Notes: generated from the letters alone by a model not told the origin. A DNA stretch of 64,000 bases from Polyangiaceae bacterium (GCA_033763455.1 JANRKO010000006.1:640001-704000), one strand, 5' to 3'. Shown: positions 29,144 to 39,253, counted from the stretch's first letter. Numbers and translations are program-made.

Positions 29144-30058
29144 ATGACGAGAAGAGTTCCCGCTGGGTCGGCCTTAATACTGCTTTTACTTGCCGGGGGC
29201 TGCGATGCCGTTCGCCCGCAAAGTTCGGAGGCTACGCCCCAGCCGTCCCTAAGCGCGGAGGAAGAAAAGCTTCAGAGCGGAATGCCGTTTACGCCGAGGA
29301 GCCCGCGGGTCCAAGCCGTCGTGAATGCCGGCAAGCTACCCGCATATTCGGGGCCCTTCGCAACCATCCGCGGACTCATTACCGTAAGTGGAGACGAAGC
29401 ACCCGCACAGCCCGACGTACAACAAGGGATCCCAGCCGACTGCACGCGCGCTCGCGTTGTTTACGAGAAGCTTTTTCGCGAAGGCATAAAGCGCAGCGCT
29501 CCCGATGTGCTTGTGAGTGTCACCGGATACGACAAGTTCGTGCCCGTCGCCACGGATGCGGTGAAGGTTGAGGGGCAGGGCTGCGCATGGCAGTCACGCA
29601 CGATTGCTCTCACCTTTGGCCAACGCCTGGAGGTCGCGGGTCAGGATGAGCGCAACTACCTGGTGAGTTTGGCAGGGAACCAGGATCCGGCATCGCTCGT
29701 CGCTCTTGGAAAAGGTAAGCCAGTCGCCATTTTTCCTCACGCCCCAGGGCGCTACCTGCTCAAAGAAGACACCCGGCCATACATGACGGCGGAAGTCTTC
29801 GTGCTCAAGTACCCCACCGTCACGGTGACGGGCCTAGACGGCAGATACACGTTAACGCGGGTGCCGCCCGGAAAGCTCACCATCACCGCTTTCCTCCCGC
29901 AGGTACTCCAAAAAGTGGATAAAACGATCGATGTGCAGGCGGGCCAAACGTACGATGTCGATCTGACTATTCCGTTCAGCGCTGCTCGCCAGGCTGCATT
30001 GCAGGCCCCACCTGCGGCTCCGCTTTCTCCGACGGACTCCGCCCCTGCTGGGCCCTGA
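29144..30058 (+). CDS. Lipoprotein with cupredoxin-like / carboxypeptidase-regulatory-like domains
   Basis: LAGGC lipobox; TGLDGRYTLTRVPPGKLTITAF beta-sandwich; QGCAWQSR...GQRLEV. Confidence 0.6.
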   Translation: MTRRVPAGSALILLLLAGGCDAVRPQSSEATPQPSLSAEEEKLQSGMPFTPRSPRVQAVVNAGKLPAYSGPFATIRGLITVSGDEAPAQPDVQQGIPADCTRARVVYEKLFREGIKRSAPDVLVSVTGYDKFVPVATDAVKVEGQGCAWQSRTIALTFGQRLEVAGQDERNYLVSLAGNQDPASLVALGKGKPVAIFPHAPGRYLLKEDTRPYMTAEVFVLKYPTVTVTGLDGRYTLTRVPPGKLTITAFLPQVLQKVDKTIDVQAGQTYDVDLTIPFSAARQAALQAPPAAPLSPTDSAPAGP

Positions 30059-31127
30059 GCGTTGAGCCCGTTGCGGGAAGTGGTTCAGAAGCGGAGATAA
30101 CGCCAGCCTTCGAGGCTAAGATCGAGCTCAATAACGTGCGGCTTTCTGGGCTCAAGCCCGTGGTGCCAGTCGGCGCGGCAGCCAACAATCCATCGAAGCG
30201 CGCTTCATCCCCATTCAGAGTTGTTAACCAGAGAAGCTGAACCCAGGTGTCCGCGTCCCGTGGGGAGTCCGAGTAGCGGCGCTCGGCCAACTGCGTAGCC
30301 AAGGCTAGCTTGCCTGAGCGCGCCAGCAGCCCTATCACGCGCTCGTCGCTTAGATTGAGTGCCCGAGAGCGTTCCAAAAATGCGGTGTCGTTGCCCGATG
30401 TGAGTGCCCCCAGCAGCCCCCGATCGGAAAGCTTGGTGGATTCCGCGCTGGAACGGCTGGCCTTCTTTGAGTGAAGCCAGAGTTCAGCAAGGAGTTGCTC
30501 GTCCGAGGCTGCGAGATATTCGAGCTGCCGGACTTTCCACGGATCGAGCGCCTCTTGAGCGAGCAGGCTCCGGTACCACGCGCTTAGGCGCAGATGGTCG
30601 TTTTCTGCGCGGAGTACGGTCAGCATTTGCTGATTCGGACCCACGCCATTCGGATCGAGGCTGATGGCTTTGGTTGCCGCGGCAAATGCTTCGGAGCGGT
30701 CCCCTTCCAGCAGGTAGCAACGCGAAAGTTCCGTAAAAAGCGGCGCGTAGCGCGGATCTAGGTGTTTGGCACTCTCGAAAGACGGGAAAGCCGCACTGTT
30801 CCGGAGTTGGCAAAGGGTAGTGCCTACACGCACCGCAAGCTCCACGCTGTCTGGATCGTACTCCTGCGCGAGTTGATAATAGGTTAATGCTTCCGCATAA
30901 GAGTGCTCAAGCTCAAGTACTCGGCCCCGCGCATAGTAGGCGTACGCACGTTCGTCGATGAACCCTCCCATTTGGGACCGCCCGTCTACCAAGCGTTCAA
31001 CCTGGCCTCCCGCCATGCACCCAGGGATCCCGAAGGTGGCGAGCAGCAGCGTGACGCCTACCAGGAGCAGGCGAGCGGCACGGGCCGGCGAGCACTCGTC
31101 GATACGCGGCAACATGGGCGTCCTCAA
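29976..31127 (-). CDS. Tetratricopeptide-repeat lipoprotein
   Basis: IPGC lipobox; TPR units such as ALTYYQLAQEYDP and KAISLDP; ATGA overlap with the hisC stop. Confidence 0.7.
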   Translation of the reverse strand: MRTPMLPRIDECSPARAARLLLVGVTLLLATFGIPGCMAGGQVERLVDGRSQMGGFIDERAYAYYARGRVLELEHSYAEALTYYQLAQEYDPDSVELAVRVGTTLCQLRNSAAFPSFESAKHLDPRYAPLFTELSRCYLLEGDRSEAFAAATKAISLDPNGVGPNQQMLTVLRAENDHLRLSAWYRSLLAQEALDPWKVRQLEYLAASDEQLLAELWLHSKKASRSSAESTKLSDRGLLGALTSGNDTAFLERSRALNLSDERVIGLLARSGKLALATQLAERRYSDSPRDADTWVQLLWLTTLNGDEARFDGLLAAAPTGTTGLSPESRTLLSSILASKAGVISASEPLPATGSTLRAQQGRSPSEKAEPQVGPAMQPGEQR

Positions 31128-32224
31128 GCTGCCTCAGAGAGCGCTCGGCCCAATGCATCCAAGAATTCCAGGTCTTCATCCGGGGTACCCACAGTGACCC
31201 GCAGCTGGTGAGCAAGCCTCCCGCCGCGTCCGTGAAAGCTACGGACCAAGACTCCCTGGTTTTTCAGGCTATCAAACACTTTTTCCGCCGGCACCTCCGT
31301 TCTGAACCAAATAAAGTTCGCCTGACTCGGAGTTACGGAGACGCCGGGAATCTTGGCCAAGGCTTGAGCCAAGCGAGTTCGTTCAACACGCACACATTCG
31401 CAAGTCTGCCGGATCTCGGCTGCAAGCTCCGTGAGCACCACTTGGCCTAGCTTTTGGCTCAGGCCATTGATGTTGTAAGGCAGCCTCACCTTATCCAACT
31501 CTCGAACGAGGCCAGATGGACCCAAGAGCCAACCCAGTCTAAGCGAAGCGAAGCCAACTTTGGAGAGCGTTCTTAGGATAACTACGTTGGGGTACTCGCG
31601 AAGGAGCTCCAATTGGTTCAACTCGGCATAGTCGATGTAGGCTTCGTCGATCACCACGAGCCATTCAGGTGCTGCCTCGATCACCGATCGGAGGCGGTGG
31701 AGGCTAAAGAGCGTGCCGGTGGGATTGTTGGGGCTCGCTAAGAACAGAATGCCGGGATGGGTGTTTTGGGTGGCGGCCAGAAGGCTTTTTTCCGGAATAT
31801 CCCAGCTCGCGTCGAGGGGAACCTCAAGCACGGGAAGGCCGCGCAGGCGGGAGCTCATGCGATACATAACAAAGCTCGGGGTCGTTGTGACAACGCTTCG
31901 CGGGCTCCGGCCTTTGGCTTCACCAAGTGCCGTTAATAAGATGGTGATGAGCTCGTCGCTACCCACTCCCACCAACACCTCCGAAGGTGTGACTCCGGAG
32001 TAAGTGGCAATGGCTTCGCGCAAGCGCGCTGCCGTAGGGTCTGGGTAGCGTTCCCAAGCCGTTTGGCTCGCGACTTCGGCCAGCCTCGCACGCGCCTTGT
32101 CGCTCAAGAGCGGTGGCGCCTCGTTAGCATCCAGGTGAATCCGAAAGTTCCCACTTTCGGGCAAGTAAGCCGATTGCTCATCCAGCTCGGCGCGCAACAG
32201 AGGAAGCCACGGTGCGTTCTTCAT
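31124..32224 (-). CDS. hisC: Histidinol-phosphate aminotransferase
   Basis: LDANE, RYPDP, GSDELI, SPNNPTG, DEAY, LRTLSK..LRLG. Confidence 0.93.
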   Translation of the reverse strand: MKNAPWLPLLRAELDEQSAYLPESGNFRIHLDANEAPPLLSDKARARLAEVASQTAWERYPDPTAARLREAIATYSGVTPSEVLVGVGSDELITILLTALGEAKGRSPRSVVTTTPSFVMYRMSSRLRGLPVLEVPLDASWDIPEKSLLAATQNTHPGILFLASPNNPTGTLFSLHRLRSVIEAAPEWLVVIDEAYIDYAELNQLELLREYPNVVILRTLSKVGFASLRLGWLLGPSGLVRELDKVRLPYNINGLSQKLGQVVLTELAAEIRQTCECVRVERTRLAQALAKIPGVSVTPSQANFIWFRTEVPAEKVFDSLKNQGVLVRSFHGRGGRLAHQLRVTVGTPDEDLEFLDALGRALSEAA

Positions 32225-33534
32225 TCTGGATGCCGGAGCTCCTGGAGGCATTTTTGCGCGGCAGCCAAGGTGATCACTCCGAGATCGGAGAGGGCGAGAG
32301 CCACTTGCTCAACCTCGTCCCCGCGTGCACCGGCGGCGGCGGCCACGGACCGCGCATGCAGGGACATGTGTCCGCGTTGGATCCCTTCGGTGGCAAGCGC
32401 TCGGAGCGCGGCCAAATTGGAGGCAAGGCCCACGGACGCCGCAACCAAACTGAGATCGGAGGCGCTTTCGACGCGCATGATTCGGAGCGCAAGTTGGGCC
32501 GCCGGATGCACTCGAAGCGTACCGCCTACGATTCCGAGGGCTAGCGGCATCTCAAGCGCCCCCACAAGCTCCGAACCGTCGCGCCGCCAGGTGGCAAGTG
32601 GGGCGTAACGACCACTCCGGGCAGCATAAGCGTGAGCCCCCGCTTCGACCGCTCGAAAATCGTTACCGGTTGCCAGCACCACGGCATCCACACCGTTCAT
32701 GATACCCTTGTTGTGCGTGACGGCGCGGTACGGATCGAGCTCCGCAAAACGCGAAGCCTGCACAATGACGTCAATGATGTCATCGCTGTCAGCCGGTTCC
32801 AGTGGGGGAGGGAAGTAGCTGGAGCCGCGATCTCCGCGGAGGCGTAACTCCGCCAGCGGAACTCTGCAGGTTACTCGTACTCGACGACGATCACAGAGGT
32901 TGGATAGGATGCGTAACCCAAGCTTGCCGCCAGCTAGGTCCCTGACGCGGGGGCCGAGTGATTCAGCAACGTGATTGACCAAATTGGCACCCATCGCATC
33001 ACAACAATCGATGTGAATGTGCACGACTAGGCAACCCTCTCCCAAATCTCGAACTTCGACCTCGCGAGGCCCACCGCCGCGCGCTTCCAGACTGGGCGTG
33101 GCAAGGCGCGCCAATTCGAGTAGCTCTTCGCGCGCCTGTTCCAAGCGTGCCAAGGCGCGTGTTGTATCGGGTACGTTGTAGACTTGTATTTGCCCCGTCA
33201 TCAGCGTATCCTGCATCTCTGCGCTGAAGCCGCCTCCTCTGCGTATCATGCGCGAGGCATTCGACGCAGCAGCGATCACACTGGGCTCTTCAACAACCAT
33301 CGGTACCAAGCGGTCGCGGCCGTTGACCTGGACGTTGAGCGCGATTCCGAAAGGGAGCGCGTAAATGCCAAGCACATTCTCGACAACTTTGTCCGCCATA
33401 GCTGTGGTGAGGCCACCCACGGCTAAGGCATCGAACAGCTCCTGATGTTCAACGGAACTGACCTCGGAGATGTGCTTGCGGCGTTCCTCAACCGAGAGTT
33501 TATAAAAGCCTGGAATGCGGGAGCTTTGGGTCAT
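32221..33534 (-). CDS. mvaA: Hydroxymethylglutaryl-CoA reductase, class II
   Basis: VENVLG, EEPSVIAA, DAMGAN, THNKGIMNG, GNDFRAVEAG, EGIQRGHM. Confidence 0.96.
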   Translation of the reverse strand: MTQSSRIPGFYKLSVEERRKHISEVSSVEHQELFDALAVGGLTTAMADKVVENVLGIYALPFGIALNVQVNGRDRLVPMVVEEPSVIAAASNASRMIRRGGGFSAEMQDTLMTGQIQVYNVPDTTRALARLEQAREELLELARLATPSLEARGGGPREVEVRDLGEGCLVVHIHIDCCDAMGANLVNHVAESLGPRVRDLAGGKLGLRILSNLCDRRRVRVTCRVPLAELRLRGDRGSSYFPPPLEPADSDDIIDVIVQASRFAELDPYRAVTHNKGIMNGVDAVVLATGNDFRAVEAGAHAYAARSGRYAPLATWRRDGSELVGALEMPLALGIVGGTLRVHPAAQLALRIMRVESASDLSLVAASVGLASNLAALRALATEGIQRGHMSLHARSVAAAAGARGDEVEQVALALSDLGVITLAAAQKCLQELRHPE

Positions 33535-33590
33535 GATGAGGGCGTGGGATGTAGAACGCGCAGACGAAAAGAGGGGTTTATGAGCTTAGC

Positions 33591-34493
33591 TCAGCTCGCT
33601 TGAGGTTGGGTAAAGTGCAGCCCGCGCGCGCCCAACTCGAGGGGCAGATGCTCAAAACCAAGCTCGGTAGCACGCAGTCGAAAGCTAGCGCTCGGCGGTG
33701 TGCGCCCGATGCGCAAAAGTACGTCCCCGCCGCCTGCGCCCGAAGGCATGCAGAGGGCGGATTCAGACGCAGCAACTTCGTGTAGCTCCTTCATCTCGCG
33801 GGTGACGATGCTGATCTTTGCGGCTTCTCCCAATAGGAACAGCTGTTGGCGTTGGACCTCGAGTGCGGACAAAAGTCCATTTGCGTCGTTCGCCTCCACC
33901 GCGCGTGCTGCGTCTTCTGAAGCCTGCAAGTGCGGCGCAAAGATGGCCTGAAAACACTGCGGTTCCACGGCCTCCAACCGTTTGACCTGCGAGAGCATCA
34001 TGGAAGTGCTGGTTGAGTGCCCAGAAAACCACACGGACCAATCGAGGCCTGCAGGAAGTGTCACGTGGGTCGCATGCGGACCATTCTCCGTTGTTCTGGC
34101 CACGAGCGTGCCCCCGAGGGCGCTTGCCAACACATCAATGCCGCTACCGCCCCCTTGCGCTTCACGATGGGCATGAACGGCGCGCGCGACAAGCCGCATG
34201 AGCGCCACTTCACCGAGAGGTGAGGCTTGCAGGGCACCAAGGCTCGCGACAAGGATGGCCGCGCTTGAGCCGAGCCCGAGCTTTCCGCGCTCGCTGCGCA
34301 ATTCGCTCGCGTCGAAGTACGGCGCTGGTGTTTGAACTCCAAGTGCGGCGAGCACCTCCGGCGTCACAAATCCCGCCGGGCGCGAGCTATCAGCTGAAAC
34401 GTAGCGATCCACAGCTGTGACAATGGCTGGTGCGCCCCACAGCACCGCGTAGGCGCCAGATAACACTAGTTTTCCTGGGGCGCGCGCTATCAT
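33591..34493 (-). CDS. GHMP kinase, probable phosphomevalonate kinase
   Basis: APGKLVLSGAYAVL, KLGLGSSAA, QGGGSGIDV, PSGAGGGD; lies between mvaD and mvaA. Confidence 0.8.
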   Translation of the reverse strand: MIARAPGKLVLSGAYAVLWGAPAIVTAVDRYVSADSSRPAGFVTPEVLAALGVQTPAPYFDASELRSERGKLGLGSSAAILVASLGALQASPLGEVALMRLVARAVHAHREAQGGGSGIDVLASALGGTLVARTTENGPHATHVTLPAGLDWSVWFSGHSTSTSMMLSQVKRLEAVEPQCFQAIFAPHLQASEDAARAVEANDANGLLSALEVQRQQLFLLGEAAKISIVTREMKELHEVAASESALCMPSGAGGGDVLLRIGRTPPSASFRLRATELGFEHLPLELGARGLHFTQPQAS

Positions 34494-35476
34494 GCTCCCT
34501 CCAGAGTTACTGTGGCATCTGGCCCGGGCGCACACACGAGCACGTCTTTCACGCCTGCTACCTCGCGCAATGCGTTCTCGATTTTCTGGGCATTATGGGG
34601 TTCGACGAGCACTTTCACATGGGGCCCGGCGTCCATCGTGGCATAGGCTGGCAACCCGGAGGCTCGGAGCTCGGACACTCGTTGCAAGAGCGCGAGGGTG
34701 GTCGGTGACCAATAGTTGAGGGGCGGCTCAGCTGCGAACATGCTGGCGTGCATCAGTAGTGCGCTGTGCTCTGTCGCGCGACCGAGTGCATCAAAATCGC
34801 GAGCCAAAAGGGCCCCACGCACGCGCTCGTACACGGCGGGTGCGCTATCCACCCAGGCAGGGTAATAAGGGCTCGTCTTCTGGGTGTGCGCCATACCGAG
34901 TGTGGAGCCCTGATCTTTCGGAAGCAGCGTTACCACGCACACGAGCAGGCTCAACGGGTATGCGTCCCCTGCCAAAACACGCGTCGCCGACTGTGCACCG
35001 AGCTCCAGCGCCACGTAGCCGCCAAACAGCGAACGTGCGGCGGATGCCGACCCAACCCTGGCCAAGGCACTCACTTCTTCGGGAGCATACGCGAGACCCG
35101 CCGCACGCGTAGCTGCGAGCGCCAACGCCGAGAAACCTGAAGCGCTGGAAGCGAGCCCCGACGCTGTGGGGAAATTGTTGTGCGAATCCACGCAGGCAAA
35201 GCGCTGAAGGCCGGCGAGCGTGCGTACCCGATCCAGAAATTGGGTAAGGCGGGCGCGTTTTTCGCCCGAAAGTTGAACTCCGTTGAGAACAATCTCATCT
35301 CGGGTTAGCTGTTCTTCGAACACCACGGAGGTTGTGGTGTGAAGCGCACTCAGCGTCATGGAGAGGCTGGGCGTTGCGGGGAGATTTTGAGCTACGTCGC
35401 CTTTGCCCCAATATTTTGCGAGAGCGATATTGGAATGAGCGCGGGCAGTAGCTTTGGGGAGCGAGGTGCGTGTCAT
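34490..35476 (-). CDS. mvaD: Diphosphomevalonate decarboxylase
   Basis: NIALAKYWGK, FPTASGLASSASG, GSASAARS, TMDAGPHVK. Confidence 0.95.
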   Translation of the reverse strand: MTRTSLPKATARAHSNIALAKYWGKGDVAQNLPATPSLSMTLSALHTTTSVVFEEQLTRDEIVLNGVQLSGEKRARLTQFLDRVRTLAGLQRFACVDSHNNFPTASGLASSASGFSALALAATRAAGLAYAPEEVSALARVGSASAARSLFGGYVALELGAQSATRVLAGDAYPLSLLVCVVTLLPKDQGSTLGMAHTQKTSPYYPAWVDSAPAVYERVRGALLARDFDALGRATEHSALLMHASMFAAEPPLNYWSPTTLALLQRVSELRASGLPAYATMDAGPHVKVLVEPHNAQKIENALREVAGVKDVLVCAPGPDATVTLEGA

Positions 35477-35477
35477 G

Positions 35478-36371
35478 TTAACCGATGATTGAGCTGAAGG
35501 CGCGAAACCCCGCTTGCTGCCAGGCTTTGAGCACCGGATCTGGATCCTTTTCGACCAAGGCTATCACCGAACCCCCGCCGCCAGCGCCCGTGAGCTTGGC
35601 GCCAAGGGCACCAGCTTGGCGCGCACACCAACACGCCTCTTCGATTTCCTGTGTGGAAACGAACAGCCCTGAGAGCAACATTTGGTTGTAGTCCATGAGC
35701 TTGCCAACCCCTGCAAGGTCCCCTGTTTTCAAGCAAAGCTCGGCGTTTTGCACGAGCGAACGAATTCCTTCCAGGGTGCGTTCTACCACTTCGGGCCGTC
35801 GCTCTTTCAGTTGCGCCACGCTATTGACCATCTCAGCCGTGGGGGCGGGCGGACCGGCGACAGCGATGGCTAGGCAGAGCGAGTGGGCGAGCTTTATCGG
35901 AGTGGGAGCCATGTTGCGTGTGAAGCGGAAGCAGCCTCCTCGCATGGCTGCCATGGCATCGATACCTGAAGGGTTAGCATGAAAAACGCGCTCCCAAGCG
36001 TCGGCCGCTCCAAGCACACGCTCTGGATCTTCTGCCGTGCCCGGGTGCGCGCATTCGAGCACGGCGCGAGCAATGGCGACGCCCAGCGAAGCGGAGGCCC
36101 CCAGCCCACACCCGGGTGGCAGAGCTGTCTTGGCCTTCACGCTGAAGCTTCCCGCATCCAGCTTAGCCAACAAAGCACTGAAGGCGCGGGCCAGCTCAGA
36201 ATCGTCGTCTGACGACGCGACCAACTCGCCGAGCTCCAGGCTCGAAACCTTGGACCGTTCGGCGTACGCTTCAGTGCCGAGGGCGATACCTGCAGCGATG
36301 GCCGGCACCCCATATACAACGGCATGTTCGCCGAAGAGGATCACCTTGCCGAGTGCGTGCGCCACCGTCAC
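35478..36371 (-). CDS. mvk: Mevalonate kinase
   Basis: GKVILFGEHAVVYG, PPGCGLGASA, HANPSGID, KLTGAGGGG. Confidence 0.95.
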   Translation of the reverse strand: MTVAHALGKVILFGEHAVVYGVPAIAAGIALGTEAYAERSKVSSLELGELVASSDDDSELARAFSALLAKLDAGSFSVKAKTALPPGCGLGASASLGVAIARAVLECAHPGTAEDPERVLGAADAWERVFHANPSGIDAMAAMRGGCFRFTRNMAPTPIKLAHSLCLAIAVAGPPAPTAEMVNSVAQLKERRPEVVERTLEGIRSLVQNAELCLKTGDLAGVGKLMDYNQMLLSGLFVSTQEIEEACWCARQAGALGAKLTGAGGGGSVIALVEKDPDPVLKAWQQAGFRAFSSIIG

Positions 36372-36374
36372 GGC

Positions 36375-36992
36375 TTAACCTGTTTTCGGCACTGTGGGCA
36401 GTGCATCTTCAACCAGTGCCCAGGCCATCCCAGCTCGTTCAGCCGCTTGTATTCCGAGCGGGCTATCTTCTATCACGAGGCAATCTTTCGGACGTACCCC
36501 CATGAGCTCGGCCGCGAGCAGGAACATGTCCGGGTGGGGTTTGCCGCGTTCTACCTGTTCAGGGGTGACGATAATATCGAAGATGTCCCCCACGCCAATC
36601 GTGTGTAAGGAGCGAACGACCTGCAAACGCAGGTTCCCCGAGGCCACACTCACGGGCCTTTGCGCTTGCACTTGCCTTGCAAAGTGCGTCACCTCCGAGA
36701 TCGGTTGGAGCTCGTGCAAACGGGCTTCAAAATGGACGCGCTGGGCCGCTGCGATAGCGATAGGGTCGAGTTCACAACAAAATTGTTGATTCAGCTCCCG
36801 CACCGTTTGTTCGAGCGGCATTCCCCCACGCGAGGCAAAGATCTCCCAGGTGAACTCGAACTCCGCCCCACACTCCTTGAGTGCAAATTTCCAAGCGTCG
36901 TGGTGGAGCGGCATTGAATCGGCCAGGGTGCCATCGCAATCGAAAATGTAGCCGCCGAAGGTTTGTGTTGGTGGGGTGAAACGCACTCGCAT
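36375..36992 (-). CDS. HAD-family phosphatase (beta-PGM/YqaB-like)
   Basis: IFDCDGTLADS, GKPHPDMF, VIEDS. Confidence 0.9.
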   Translation of the reverse strand: MRVRFTPPTQTFGGYIFDCDGTLADSMPLHHDAWKFALKECGAEFEFTWEIFASRGGMPLEQTVRELNQQFCCELDPIAIAAAQRVHFEARLHELQPISEVTHFARQVQAQRPVSVASGNLRLQVVRSLHTIGVGDIFDIIVTPEQVERGKPHPDMFLLAAELMGVRPKDCLVIEDSPLGIQAAERAGMAWALVEDALPTVPKTG

Positions 36993-37016
36993 TGCGAAAC
37001 TTCCAGAATGTACCTG

Positions 37017-38093
37017 TTAATGGGTTCGAGCTACGAGCGAGGTGGTAGCCGCTGCGAGGAGTTCTCGACCTGCGGAAGGGAGCGCCCCCGACGCGAGTGC
37101 GCGCTGGCTGGCACGGCAAAGCTTGCTGATCTCCCGTTCCAAGCTTTCTACAGCTCCGCACTCACCTAATACCTGAAGCGCCATGGCGCGCTGCTTCTGG
37201 GAGGCTTTCGGGTTGCCGAACGCGGCTAGAAACTTTGCTTTTTCCGGGCCTTTGAGTCGCCCGAGCGCGGTGCTAACGAGCAGCGTTTTTTTCCCTTCTA
37301 CTAGGTCGCTTCCGAGCGGCTTTCCGGTAACGGCTGGGTCGCCGAACGCGTTCAGCAGATCGTCCCTGAGCTGAAAAGCAACCCCTGTGGGGATGGCGTA
37401 GCGCTTCAGTGCACCCAGGACCTCAAGGGAAGCTCCACCGAGGCGTGCCCCAAGCTCTAGCGGACCATGCACACTGTAGCTGCCAGTCTTGAGCTTGTAG
37501 GTAAGTAACACGTCCTCCTCGCCAAGGAGGTCCCGCTGTTGCCCTGCAATGGCATCCAGCTGCATGCGGCTGAAACAGTCCCATACGCCCTGTACTTGTG
37601 TTTGGGCCATCGGCACGTGCGACAGCACTTGGGTCGCCAGCGCGAGGGCGTAGTCCCCAGTGAGCACGCCCGCCGCGGCACCTTGATGAGAGTTCCCAAT
37701 CTTAGCGGTGAGCCAGGCGTGCACCGAAGGGCCTCCCCTGCGAACGTCGTCCCGATCCATCCAATCGTCGTGGATTAGAAAATAAGCTTGGAGCAATTCA
37801 ACGGCGACCCCTGCCTGAATGACCCCCGCCGGGAGCGAACGTTTCCCCGATGCGGATAGGTATCCTGCAGCCACAAGCCCCGCACGCAGGCGCTTTCCGC
37901 CGCGTAGGCAGAGGCTAGAGAGGGCAGCCACCATATCTTTTACCGGCTGCCCGAGGGCAGCTGCGTTTTTCTGCGCGCGGGTGAGGTGCGTCCGGAGCTC
38001 ACGTTCCACCCCAGGGAGCACATGGGCCATCAAGGCCGCAAATGGGTCAGCCCCAGTAGACACTCGCTTTTCCGGACTTTTGGGGCTGCGCAT
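37017..38093 (-). CDS. Polyprenyl diphosphate synthase (GGPP/FPP synthase-like)
   Basis: GGKRLR, LIHDDWMD..RRG, KTGSY, FQLRDDLL, SDLVEGKKT. Confidence 0.93.
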   Translation of the reverse strand: MRSPKSPEKRVSTGADPFAALMAHVLPGVERELRTHLTRAQKNAAALGQPVKDMVAALSSLCLRGGKRLRAGLVAAGYLSASGKRSLPAGVIQAGVAVELLQAYFLIHDDWMDRDDVRRGGPSVHAWLTAKIGNSHQGAAAGVLTGDYALALATQVLSHVPMAQTQVQGVWDCFSRMQLDAIAGQQRDLLGEEDVLLTYKLKTGSYSVHGPLELGARLGGASLEVLGALKRYAIPTGVAFQLRDDLLNAFGDPAVTGKPLGSDLVEGKKTLLVSTALGRLKGPEKAKFLAAFGNPKASQKQRAMALQVLGECGAVESLEREISKLCRASQRALASGALPSAGRELLAAATTSLVARTH

Positions 38094-38102
38094 GAGCTTT
38101 CG

Positions 38103-38131
38103 AGCCTAGGTACCTTGTGCCGGCCGGTCAA
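38103..38131 (-). promoter_or_regulatory. Candidate sigma70 promoter of the isoprenoid operon
   Basis: Minus strand TTGACC-N17-TAGGCT, 9 nt before the ATG at 38093. Confidence 0.6.
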
Positions 38132-38204
38132 CGTGCGACACGCGAGAAAGTCTAAGGTCGTGCAGCCCTTGCTTTTTCGCACCGATGGGCTCCGCTAGTT
38201 ACCC

Positions 38205-39251
38205 ATGGCAGACATTTCCAATCGAAAGGGGGATCACATTGACCTCGCAGTGAGCGGCGACGTTGGATTCCACAAGACCACAACGTTGTTCGAGTGCGTG
38301 CGCCTCGTGCACAATGCTTTGCCCGAGCTCGCCTACGACGACGTGGATCTCAGCACTCCCGTCCTTGGCAAACGCCTGACAGCCCCCATATTGATCGCTG
38401 CGATGACTGGTGGTGCTGAGCGCGCCGAGAGCATCAACCTGGAGCTTGCCGAAATCGCCGAAGAGCGGGGCTACGCATTTGGCCTAGGTAGCCAGCGAGC
38501 CATGCTCAAGAACCCAAGTTTAAAGAGCACCTATGCGGTCCGCAAGGTAGCGCCTTCGATCTTGTTGCTCGGTAACATCGGCATTGTTCAAGCGACCCAA
38601 ATGTCTACCGACGCGATCGCTGAGCTCGTTGGTGCGGTGGGCGCCGATGCCCTGTGTGTGCATTTGAATCCCGCGATGGAGCTGGTGCAACCCGAAGGTG
38701 ATCGAGATTTTCGCGAGGGCCTGAGCACCGTCGCTCGTCTCGTTGCCGACCTTCCGGTGCCGATTGTGATCAAGGAAACAGGGTGCGGTTTGTCCGCAGA
38801 TGTGGCCGGCAGATTGCGGGCACTCGGGGTAGAGCACGTGGACGTTTCGGGCTCCGGTGGCACTTCATGGGTTGCTGTGGAAACGCACCGCGCTCGTGAA
38901 GATCAAAAAGATCTGGGCGAGGCATTCTGGGAGTGGGGTATTCCCACCGCAGCCAGCGTGGGGTTGGTGGATCGGCACGGGTTCGAAACGGTCTTTGCGA
39001 CTGGAGGCGTGCAGTCCGGGTTGGACATAGCAAAGGCGTTAGCACTTGGCGCCACAGTCGGCGGCATTGCGCGCCCGGTCCTCCAGGCGCTAGCAGCTGG
39101 GGGCCAAAATGGCGCACGCCAGCTTCTGTCACGGGTTGAACAACAGCTACGCACGGCGTTTCTGTTAACTGGTGCTCGCACCTGCCGAGATTTGCGCCGG
39201 GGGCCTCGCGTGATTGTGGGGGAGCTTCAGCAATGGCTCGCCCAGGCGTAA
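38205..39251 (+). CDS. fni: Type 2 isopentenyl-diphosphate delta-isomerase
   Basis: RKGDHI, AMTGG, GSQR, HLNPAME..QPEGD, KETGCG, GGTSW. Confidence 0.96.
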   Translation: MADISNRKGDHIDLAVSGDVGFHKTTTLFECVRLVHNALPELAYDDVDLSTPVLGKRLTAPILIAAMTGGAERAESINLELAEIAEERGYAFGLGSQRAMLKNPSLKSTYAVRKVAPSILLLGNIGIVQATQMSTDAIAELVGAVGADALCVHLNPAMELVQPEGDRDFREGLSTVARLVADLPVPIVIKETGCGLSADVAGRLRALGVEHVDVSGSGGTSWVAVETHRAREDQKDLGEAFWEWGIPTAASVGLVDRHGFETVFATGGVQSGLDIAKALALGATVGGIARPVLQALAAGGQNGARQLLSRVEQQLRTAFLLTGARTCRDLRRGPRVIVGELQQWLAQA

Positions 39252-39253
39252 CT

